Shown here: positions 8,355-15,252 of the stretch, piece after piece
Layout: each line of letters begins with the position of its first letter
Numbering within the stretch: position 1 is the stretch's first letter
From: a virus
Lineage: Duplodnaviria; Heunggongvirae; Uroviricota; Caudoviricetes
Length of the DNA: 20,133 nt
IMG/VR virus record: IMGVR_UViG_3300020160_002689
Coordinates: 1-20,133 of that record
Strand: one strand, 5' to 3'
Made by a program: the position numbers and the translations under genes
Notes under the pieces: generated by a model
Database searches by the model: none
What the model was told of the DNA's origin: nothing
Seen by the model: only the letters and a program-made list of their open reading frames with translations

Positions 8355-8441
8355 CTACTGGGGTGGGATTCGAACCCACGGTGGAGCTGTGCTCATCAGA
8401 TTAACAGTCTGAACCGTTCGGCCAACTACGGCAACCCAGTA
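8355..8441 (-). tRNA. trnN: tRNA-Asn(GTT), long variable arm (Tyr-like scaffold)
   Basis: TACTGGG/CCCAGTA acceptor, G73; TCAGA-CTGTTAA-TCTGA; variable hairpin GAGC-ACA-GCTC. Confidence 0.88.
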
Positions 8442-8447
8442 ATTTTG

Positions 8448-8518
8448 CTCTCCCACCAGGACTCGAACCTGGAATAACTGATTAACAGTCAGACGTGATA
8501 CCATTTCACCACAGGAGA
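8448..8518 (-). tRNA. trnN: tRNA-Asn(GTT)
   Basis: Canonical cloverleaf; loop CTGTTAA; G73. Confidence 0.93.
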
Positions 8519-8527
8519 ATATTTATA

Positions 8528-8563
8528 TAAAAGAAAAGACCCAAACTTTATGTTCGGGTCTTT
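8528..8563 (-). terminator. Intrinsic terminator between leader A and tRNA array A (candidate attenuator)
   Basis: AAAGACCCGAAC-ATAAA-GTTTGGGTCTTT-TCTTTT, ending about 10 nt before the first tRNA. Confidence 0.88.
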
Positions 8564-8587
8564 AGAAATTGTTTATAATATATGAGT

Positions 8588-8677
8588 TTATACTATACAT
8601 AACTGCTTACCCGATGTTGTGTTATTCACACAATTCGTAATCGTAATCACATTAATATTTATAGTAGTTGTTTTCAT
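8588..8677 (-). CDS. Leader peptide A, 29 aa (MKTTTININVITITNCVNNTTSGKQLCIV)
   Basis: Hand-translated; 22 of 29 residues are T/I/N/V/C, the amino-acid set of the downstream array. Confidence 0.85.
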   Translation of the reverse strand: MKTTTININVITITNCVNNTTSGKQLCIV

Positions 8678-8682
8678 TGTTT

Positions 8683-8752
8683 TATATATTAAATTTTTAT
8701 TGTCCCTTTTTGGTTTTTTTGTTTTTCTTTGATTATTTATAGTACAAAAGTA
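8683..8752 (-). promoter_or_regulatory. Tandem promoters for array A: TACTTTTG (8745-8752) and TTAATATATA (8683-8692)
   Basis: Same block as 192-250 and 9822-9881. Confidence 0.7.
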
Positions 8753-8772
8753 ATATAAAGTTTTTAATCTAC

Positions 8773-8997
8773 CTAATCTTTTATTATTTTTTTTAATTTA
8801 TTTTCTCTTTCTTCTCTAAGAGTAACATCTTCAGCTATTTCTTTATTGAATATAAGATATGTTGATCCACAACTATCACAATACCACCCATCAGTGTTCC
8901 AAGGTAAATCCTCAGGTGAATATTCAATTTCATCCTTCTTACAATGTAAACAAGGTTTCACTTCATATATCTTATCTTCAACTTTAATTAGTTTCAT
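8773..8997 (-). CDS. Small zinc-ribbon protein
   Basis: CLHC and CDSC pairs; C-terminal RENKLKKII motif. Confidence 0.75.
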   Translation of the reverse strand: MKLIKVEDKIYEVKPCLHCKKDEIEYSPEDLPWNTDGWYCDSCGSTYLIFNKEIAEDVTLREERENKLKKIIKD

Positions 8998-9010
8998 ATC
9001 TTAGTTTTTG

Positions 9011-9091
9011 TACAGGTAGTCGGACTCGAACCGACACTCTTTTCAGAACACGGTCCTAAGCCGTGCGCGTATACCATTTCGCCATACCTGC
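9011..9091 (-). tRNA. trnL: tRNA-Leu(TAG)
   Basis: CACGG-CTTAGGA-CCGTG; class II variable arm; A73. Confidence 0.95.
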
Positions 9092-9102
9092 ATATTTTTT
9101 TG

Positions 9103-9185
9103 TACCGAGAGCGGGACTCGAACCCGCACATCCTTTCAGATAATAGCCTCTTAAACTACCGTGTCTACCATTCCACCACCTCGGC
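9103..9185 (-). tRNA. trnL: tRNA-Leu(AAG), A34
   Basis: Leu scaffold GCCGAGG...TCTCGGT-A; GTAGT-TTAAGAG-GCTAT; a shifted register giving TAA does not pair. Confidence 0.85.
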
Positions 9186-9195
9186 AGGTGATTAG

Positions 9196-9276
9196 TACCC
9201 CAGATAGGATTCGAACCTATATTTTCAGTTTCCAATTACCCGTAGTTGTTTAGAAGACAACTGGGACTACTGAGGC
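9196..9276 (-). tRNA. Arm-rearranged tRNA-like RNA with Arg(TCT) anticodon arm
   Basis: GCCTCAG/CTGGGGT acceptor; GTTGT-CTTCTAA-ACAAC 8 nt after the acceptor; D-loop-like TAATTGG 3' of it; ATAGG-TTCGAAT-CCTAT. Confidence 0.75.
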
Positions 9277-9284
9277 ATATTTTG

Positions 9285-9369
9285 TATCGGGAGAGGGACT
9301 CGAACCCTCACGGACATTACTGTCCACAGATTTTTAAGACCTGCGTGTCTACCATTCCACCACCCCGAC
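9285..9369 (-). tRNA. trnL: tRNA-Leu(TAA)
   Basis: CAGGT-CTTAAAA-ATCTG; class II variable arm GGAC-AGTAAT-GTCC. Confidence 0.95.
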
Positions 9370-9372
9370 AGA

Positions 9373-9459
9373 TGGTACCGAGAGCGGGACTTGAACCCGC
9401 ACGCCACAAGGGCACAAGATTTTAAGTCTTGCATGTACTACCAATTTCATCACCTCGGC
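9373..9459 (-). tRNA. trnL: tRNA-Leu(TAA), with encoded CCA
   Basis: CAAGA-CTTAAAA-TCTTG; 3' end TCTCGGT-A-CCA. Confidence 0.95.
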
Positions 9460-9466
9460 ATTATTT

Positions 9467-9570
9467 AATTAATAGTAGGACTCGAACCTACACTAAGTTT
9501 ATTTCATCCTTAGCCATATCCTCTATATCTCTGTATAAAGTTAGGTGTTTACCAGTTCCACCATATCAAT
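9467..9570 (-). ncRNA. 104-nt tRNA-like element with no canonical anticodon arm
   Basis: ATTGATA/TATTAAT acceptor, Leu-type D arm GTG-GAACTGGTAAA-CAC, T arm GTAGG-TTCGAGT-CCTAC; 52-nt non-canonical middle. Confidence 0.6.
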
Positions 9571-9572
9571 TG

Positions 9573-9644
9573 TGACCCCACAGGGATTCGAACCCCGATT
9601 GAAAGCTTAGAAGGCTTTAGTCCTATCCATTGAACGACAGGGCC
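9573..9644 (-). tRNA. trnR: tRNA-Arg(TCT)
   Basis: Canonical cloverleaf; AAAGC-CTTCTAA-GCTTT. Confidence 0.95.
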
Positions 9645-9653
9645 AATTTAAAA

Positions 9654-9687
9654 CAAAAAACCCAAAACTTTTTGAGTCTTGGGTTTT
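9654..9687 (-). terminator. Intrinsic terminator between leader B and tRNA array B (candidate attenuator)
   Basis: AAAACCCAAGACT-CAAAA-AGTTTTGGG-TTTTTTG, ending about 10 nt before the first tRNA. Confidence 0.88.
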
Positions 9688-9714
9688 GTTATTTGTTATA
9701 ATACTTTTAATTGA

Positions 9715-9816
9715 TTACCAACTAAAATCATTTCCAAATTGAGCAAAACCCATCCCTTGTCTTAAAGATAAGACAGTCAGTGTTAAGTTTCTTCTATTTA
9801 GAATTGTTGTGTTCAT
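9715..9816 (-). CDS. Leader peptide B, 33 aa (MNTTILNRRNLTLTVLSLRQGMGFAQFGNDFSW)
   Basis: Hand-translated; 5 Leu and 3 Arg (all AGA) codons within codons 6-19, matching the Arg(TCT)/Leu array. Confidence 0.82.
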   Translation of the reverse strand: MNTTILNRRNLTLTVLSLRQGMGFAQFGNDFSW

Positions 9817-9821
9817 AATTG

Positions 9822-9881
9822 TATATATTAAAGTTTTATTCTCTCTTTTTGTTTATTTGTTATTTTTATAGTACAAAAGTA
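9822..9881 (-). promoter_or_regulatory. Tandem promoters for array B: TACTTTTG (9874-9881) and TTAATATATA (9822-9831)
   Basis: Same block as 192-250 and 8683-8752. Confidence 0.7.
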
Positions 9882-9906
9882 TAAAAAGTTTTCTATTGTA
9901 CCTAAT

Positions 9907-10110
9907 TTATTTTAATTTATTTTTAATTTTTTCTGTAATCTTCTCTAAACTTGATTTAGATTTAGGTTTTTGTTTTGGAAATCTACCATGGTTTCCCATA
10001 CTATCATAGTCTGTACATTGATATGCTGCAGGTGATGGTAATCCACTATAGTAACAGAATTCTTCTTCACTAAGTATTTCTTCTTGTTCTTGGTTTTCTT
10101 TTGGATTCAT
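9907..10110 (-). CDS. Hypothetical protein
   Basis: 67-aa ORF coupled to the upstream gene; FCYYSGLPSP motif. Confidence 0.7.
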   Translation of the reverse strand: MNPKENQEQEEILSEEEFCYYSGLPSPAAYQCTDYDSMGNHGRFPKQKPKSKSSLEKITEKIKNKLK

Positions 10111-10346
10111 TATTTTAATATTTCTTTTAATTTCTCTTCTCTTTTTTCTTCTAAAGACATGTTTTCTATCTTTTCATTGGTATAGTTAGACCATCCAACT
10201 AAACTAAAGAATAATATAAAGTATATCCATACAAATATTTTATTATTTGCAATACTATTAGGTAAAAAGAATGGTATTACAAACATCATTAATATTGCTG
10301 TTATACCTGTAACTAATGTTAGTTTACTTTTAGTTTTAGAAGTCAT
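10110..10346 (-). CDS. Small membrane protein (two predicted TM helices)
   Basis: Two hydrophobic stretches; C-terminal REEKLKEILK. Confidence 0.75.
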   Translation of the reverse strand: MTSKTKSKLTLVTGITAILMMFVIPFFLPNSIANNKIFVWIYFILFFSLVGWSNYTNEKIENMSLEEKREEKLKEILK

Positions 10347-10729
10347 TACTCAGCTTTTAATTTAGCAAGTTTTTCTTCCATTTCTTTGATTTGTCTTTGT
10401 TTCAACAATTCTTTTTTTGCATTGGCTGCTTCTTCTACTGCCTGAACTTCTTCATCAGTAGATTTTCTGTAATTGAAGCCATAAACATCAAGTTCTTGGT
10501 GATCACAATGCCAGTCACAAGCTACATAGTTTGCACCTTTATCTTTTAGTTCTTGAAGAATAGTAATTAATTCATCAATTTTTACTAAACCTGCATCAGA
10601 TTGGTTAACATCACCAGTTTCTCTATAATCATCATCAATTTCATAATCAAATCCATTATCTTCTTGTGGATTAGAAGTTAGATATTTTTTCCCAATAAAT
10701 TTATTTGTAAAATAGCTTATTACTTTCAT
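10346..10729 (-). CDS. Hypothetical acidic protein with C-terminal coiled coil
   Basis: 127-aa ORF; TATCTTTG box at 10750-10757. Confidence 0.8.
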   Translation of the reverse strand: MKVISYFTNKFIGKKYLTSNPQEDNGFDYEIDDDYRETGDVNQSDAGLVKIDELITILQELKDKGANYVACDWHCDHQELDVYGFNYRKSTDEEVQAVEEAANAKKELLKQRQIKEMEEKLAKLKAE

Positions 10730-10783
10730 AGTATCTCTGTTTTGTTTTACAAAGATAAGGAATGTTTTTTAATTACAAAAATT

Positions 10784-10948
10784 TTATTCTTCTTTTTGTT
10801 GTCTTTTTCTCCAAGCTGCTATATCATTCTCCATATACTTTCTAATTCTCTTAGAAGCATTCATTGAGTTTTCATCACAAAATTTTTGATACTCTTCCAA
10901 TAATTTTTCTGATACTCTGATTCCAAATATTCTATCTTTACCTGCCAT
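10784..10948 (-). CDS. Ribbon-helix-helix (Arc/CopG-like) DNA-binding protein, 54 aa (not in ORF track)
   Basis: Hand translation MAGKDRIFGIRVSEKLLEEYQKFCDENSMNASKRIRKYMENDIAAWRKRQQKEE; beta-strand plus two helices; AAATATATA motif at 10971-10979. Confidence 0.75.
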   Translation of the reverse strand: MAGKDRIFGIRVSEKLLEEYQKFCDENSMNASKRIRKYMENDIAAWRKRQQKEE

Positions 10949-10996
10949 TGTTTACACTTATTTTTACAAGTATATATTTGTATATGCAGTCTGTAT

Positions 10997-11329
10997 TTAG
11001 ATTTTTTTCTCAACATAGGTAACTATTTCACCAGTTTCAAATCCTTTCTCAATTAATAAAGGTAGTGATGAATCTTTACACCAAGCATAAATAGTGTAGT
11101 CTTTGTAGTTCTCTAATACATATTCCCATCTGGTTTCCCATAAAAGTCTGTATATTCCCATTCTTCTGTAGTCAGAATGTACCCAAGCATCAAGAAACTT
11201 TATCTTGTTATCTTTCTCAATATTCATAAATATATGACCAACTGCAAAGTTGTTTGTTTGATCATTTGCAATCCACATTTCTAAGTTCTGTGCATTTGTT
11301 TTAAGGTGAGTGATAATAAGGTTTTCCAT
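10997..11329 (-). CDS. GNAT-family acetyltransferase
   Basis: WVHSDYRRMGIY motif A and LLIEKGF motif B. Confidence 0.8.
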   Translation of the reverse strand: MENLIITHLKTNAQNLEMWIANDQTNNFAVGHIFMNIEKDNKIKFLDAWVHSDYRRMGIYRLLWETRWEYVLENYKDYTIYAWCKDSSLPLLIEKGFETGEIVTYVEKKI

Positions 11330-11354
11330 AAACTATATATCACAAAAATAAATG

Positions 11355-11379
11355 AAAAAACCTATATTTCTATAGGTTT
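11355..11379 (-). terminator. Intrinsic terminator after the exonuclease gene
   Basis: AAACCTATA-GAAA-TATAGGTTT-TTT. Confidence 0.65.
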
Positions 11380-12037
11380 AGTAAATTTTTTGTGCAACTC
11401 TTATACAAGATGTAACATCCTTTTCACAATATGTTTTAACTTCTTCAACTTTACCATCCCAAAAAGCAACATGAACTTCTGATCCATTCATATTATCTTT
11501 AGGTGATTCAACTCCTAATTCATAACACATTTCATCAAATGAAAAAGCCCAGGCAAATTTTCCTTTCCAATCATCTGACATATCAGTGATTCTCATTTCC
11601 CAAGGTTTTTTATTGTGTGTTACAATAATATCAGCTGGTTGAATACCATATTTGTTTAATTTATGAAGTAACCAAGGAATATCAAAGTAAGCTATTCTGA
11701 ATCCTGACAAATTAAAGTTTTTTGTTTCAATTTTTTTAAGTAGTTCATTGAATTTATTAACTATGTCTTTTTCATCATCACCATAAAAGCTTGATACTCT
11801 TTCTTGACCATTATCTAAGTAACCAAATGAAATACAAACTATTCTACCATAAGTTGGTACAATACCAGCATTATCTAAGTATGCTTCATAAATGTTGTCA
11901 TACTTTTCTTCCCAGTTCATTTTTTTATATTTGTTTTTGAAAAGGTTAGCTCCTCTTTCATCTTGTTGTTCAAATGTTTGAAAGTCTTTATATTGGCCAG
12001 CAGTTTCTATATCGAACATAAATAATTCAGTATTCAT
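11378..12037 (-). CDS. Stand-alone PolB-type 3'-5' exonuclease (DEDD)
   Basis: FDIET (ExoI), FDIPW (ExoII), YCEKDV (ExoIII). Confidence 0.88.
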   Translation of the reverse strand: MNTELFMFDIETAGQYKDFQTFEQQDERGANLFKNKYKKMNWEEKYDNIYEAYLDNAGIVPTYGRIVCISFGYLDNGQERVSSFYGDDEKDIVNKFNELLKKIETKNFNLSGFRIAYFDIPWLLHKLNKYGIQPADIIVTHNKKPWEMRITDMSDDWKGKFAWAFSFDEMCYELGVESPKDNMNGSEVHVAFWDGKVEEVKTYCEKDVTSCIRVAQKIY

Positions 12038-12094
12038 ATTTTTTCACTTTGATTTTTTAATATATACATTATATGAAAAATTAGTATAAAAGTT

Positions 12095-12961
12095 ATGAAG
12101 ATATGTAAAAGGTGTGGTGTAGAAAAAGATTGTGATAAATTTTCTATAACTAAGACATCAAAGGATGGTTTGAATTCTTGGTGTAAAGATTGTAAAAGTG
12201 AGTATAGTAAATCTAAAAGAGAGAATAGAGTAATAAAAGAGACTGGGACCAAATTTTGCACAAATTGTGAAATTGAAAAAGGTGTTGTATTGTTTGGCAT
12301 AGGTAATAATAAAGATGGTTTAAATAATTGGTGTAAAGATTGTAACAATGAATATGGTAAGAAATACTATGTTGAAAATAAAGAGAGATTAAAACCTATA
12401 AGGAAAGCTTGGAAGGAAAATAATTTAGATAGGTTAAAAGATTACCAAAGTATTAGATATACTAAAATAGATAAAGATAGGTTAAGGTTATATTATATTA
12501 ATAATATAGATAAAATAAAAGAAAATAAATCTAAATATAGGAATACTAATGAATATAAAAATTGGTTAAAATTATACAGACTAAAAAATAGTTGGAAAGA
12601 TAGATATAGATCTAGTCTTAAAAATGTTTTGAAGGGATTTGGTAAAGAAAAACATGATAAAACTAATATAATTTTAGGTTATTCATCATTAGAATTTAAG
12701 ATTCATATAGAATCTCAGTTTAATGATACAATGAGTTGGGATAATAGAGATAGTTTTCATATAGATCATATAGTTCCTATATCAGGATTCAGAGAAGATA
12801 CTCCTATAAATATAGTAAACTCATTAGAAAATTTAAGACCATTAAGTGGTATTGAGAACTTATCAAAAAATAATTCTATTGATTATAGTAGATTGGAACT
12901 TTATAATAGGTATATTAAGTATTTAAAAGAGGATTTTGTAAATCTATTAAATAATATATAG
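12095..12961 (+). mobile_element. HNH homing endonuclease with two N-terminal zinc-finger repeats
   Basis: Two CxxC..K...F...KDGLNxWCKDC repeats; FHIDHIVP...NLRPL...NLSK; TTAATATATA at 12057-12066. Confidence 0.88.
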
Positions 12962-12965
12962 TAGT

Positions 12966-13541
12966 ATGATATATTTACAAACGTTTGAAGGGTTTTTACC
13001 AAAATTTGCTTTGGTTACAAGTAATGCAAGAAAGATTAGAGAATATAGAGAATTAATACCTAATCTTAGAGTAGAAGAAGGACAAGATTTACCAGAAGTT
13101 GATGCAGATGATGAAACAGTTGCTATTTATAAAGCAGTTGATAATGGACCATTTACAATATCAGAAGATACATCATTAGAAGTTGAAGGTGAAGATATTG
13201 GTGTTAACTTGAAATGGTTTAAAGAAAAGATACCAACATTTGTAGGAAAGAAAGCTTATTGGAAAGTTTTATTAGCTAAGAATGATGGTGAGTATATTAA
13301 AGTATATGAGGGATTTGTAGAAGGTGAAATTGTAGCAAGTGATGATACATCATCTTTTGATAAATACTTTAAAGTAACTAAGTTTGACAAGTTATTAGGA
13401 GAATTAAAAATGACAGACACTGATCCTGCTTTATATTCTGCAAGAGCAATGGCTGCCAAAAATTTAAGAGAAGATAGATTTATTGCTAGAAAAAGAATTA
13501 AATTTATTCCTAAGTGGACTGGTAAGTATCAAAACTCTTAA
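12966..13541 (+). CDS. Ham1/ITPase-like non-canonical purine NTP pyrophosphatase
   Basis: VTSNARKIRE and EDTSLEVEG motifs; C-terminal SAR in place of SHR. Confidence 0.8.
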   Translation: MIYLQTFEGFLPKFALVTSNARKIREYRELIPNLRVEEGQDLPEVDADDETVAIYKAVDNGPFTISEDTSLEVEGEDIGVNLKWFKEKIPTFVGKKAYWKVLLAKNDGEYIKVYEGFVEGEIVASDDTSSFDKYFKVTKFDKLLGELKMTDTDPALYSARAMAAKNLREDRFIARKRIKFIPKWTGKYQNS

Positions 13542-13993
13542 ACAAGATATTGTTTAGTCATATCTTTACCACCAAATTGTTCGATCTTTCTAATTGCAGA
13601 TGATGAAATATGTTCATATTCTCTATCACAAGTAAGATAAATTACATTTACATCTTTTTTGAAATCATCCACAAATCTATATTGATTTACTTCATAGTCT
13701 AAGTCAACACCATTTCTTAGACCTCTAATGATAACTACTTTATAACCTTCTTTCTCATAGTCTTCAATAAGTTCATGTAGAAACTTATTATAAGTAATTA
13801 TCTTTCTATTGATTCTTTGTTCTAATAAGTGTAAATCTTCATCAGACTTTGGTGTACTTAACTTATCAGGATTAACACCAACTGCAATTAGAACATTACC
13901 TCTACCAAATATTCTTTCAGCTTTCTCAAGTATATTAATGTGTCCAATGTGCATTTTGTTAAAGGAGCCTGGATAAATTGCTATTGTTTTCAT
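13538..13993 (-). CDS. coaD: Phosphopantetheine adenylyltransferase
   Basis: AIYPGSF..HIGH, IIRGLR..DLDYE, ISSSAIR. Confidence 0.85.
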   Translation of the reverse strand: MKTIAIYPGSFNKMHIGHINILEKAERIFGRGNVLIAVGVNPDKLSTPKSDEDLHLLEQRINRKIITYNKFLHELIEDYEKEGYKVVIIRGLRNGVDLDYEVNQYRFVDDFKKDVNVIYLTCDREYEHISSSAIRKIEQFGGKDMTKQYLV

Positions 13994-14895
13994 AATTCTT
14001 GTTGTATTATATAATTTATTAATTTCTTATCTTTATAAGATATTCTTATTAGTTTAATATTATTTGATAGACAATAATTGGTTTTAATATTATCATTTTT
14101 AACTACTTCATTAAATCCTTCAATACCACCAAATCTTTCAATTGGCTTGTAATGTTGAACACCATCAAACTCAATACAGATATTATAATCTGGTAGATAA
14201 AAATCAAATGGTAAAGGTCTTTTGATTCCTCTACAATTTTCAAATGTCTTCTCTTTAATATATTTAACTTTTTTTTCTATTAGTATATTTTCTACCTTAG
14301 ATTCTCCTTTACTTGAACTTTTACACAATTTACAGATTGAACCACTAATTAAATTAATAGGTTTTATTTCAAAAGCACCATGTTCTTTACAAATTAGTTT
14401 TATAGGTGTTAAAGTATCAATATAATTAATTTGTTTGAAATCATATTTATTACTAAATAGACCTCTTTCTTTTAGTCTTTTGATAAAATCATCATTGGTT
14501 AATCTATTATTTCTTGATATTTTTTCTCTTACTTCTAATCTTTTTGCAGGATTATTATCTCCTGTAATACTAGGTACCTTAGTACCATATTTTGGATTAT
14601 CTTCTCCAATTAATCCAAATATTCCATTCTTTTCACCTTTTTTACCACAACTTCTACAAAAATGTTCATTTATTTCTATATAAATATCTTGTAGTCTCTT
14701 TTCTATTATATTTTTACAACCATCACATAATACTTTAATTTTACTCCTTCTTAGTGTAGATTTTCTTAATAGTGACCAGTGAACATTGTATTTATACCCA
14801 ATTTCTATTTCTTCATTGAGAAGTTTTTCTAAAAATATTTTATTTTTAGTATTTGATACATATATTTCTATTTCTTCATTTTCTTTTATATACAT
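13990..14895 (-). mobile_element. Homing endonuclease-like protein: zinc-ribbon/NUMOD repeats plus Vsr/PD-(D/E)xK-like nuclease domain
   Basis: CxxC pairs, NPAK repeat, SKGE...LPFDFYLP..NICIEFDGVQHY; TTAATATATA at 14917-14926. Confidence 0.8.
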
Positions 14896-14940
14896 TTTTA
14901 TAAAATTACTTTTATATATATATTAAAAATATGATGTCCC

Positions 14941-15252
14941 CTATGAATTGGTTATTCCTAATTCATTAAGTTTCTCTTCTCTTGCAATATGTTTTGGTTT
15001 AACCTCAACTTCATTTTTATGATATGGTGTACCATTAGTAGAGATAATATGTGTATTATTAATTTTTGCAATAATTCCAATAGTAGGTTCTTTACTATAC
15101 TTTGATGTATAATAGAACTCTGCACCTGGATAAGGTTCATTACCACATTTACAAACTAAGACCTCTGGATCATTTGAATGCATAATAGTAATTGGATGTG
15201 TGTTAATTGGATTTATTGCCATTTGTTTCATTTTAATTTGTATAGGTAACAT
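14941..15252 (-). CDS. Hypothetical protein (true start possibly 15231 or 15222)
   Basis: ORF in the gene run; C-terminal REEKLNELGI motif. Confidence 0.7.
   Translation of the reverse strand: MLPIQIKMKQMAINPINTHPITIMHSNDPEVLVCKCGNEPYPGAEFYYTSKYSKEPTIGIIAKINNTHIISTNGTPYHKNEVEVKPKHIAREEKLNELGITNS

Noticed and set aside
9467-9570. tmRNA or group I intron-containing tRNA interpretation
   Set aside because: Has a full D arm, is far too short for tmRNA or a group I intron, and no plausible excision restores a canonical anticodon arm by eye
6974-9644. Regularly spaced GGTTCGA-type repeats that could suggest a CRISPR or repeat array
   Set aside because: They are tRNA T-loops; no identical direct repeats with unique spacers and no cas genes
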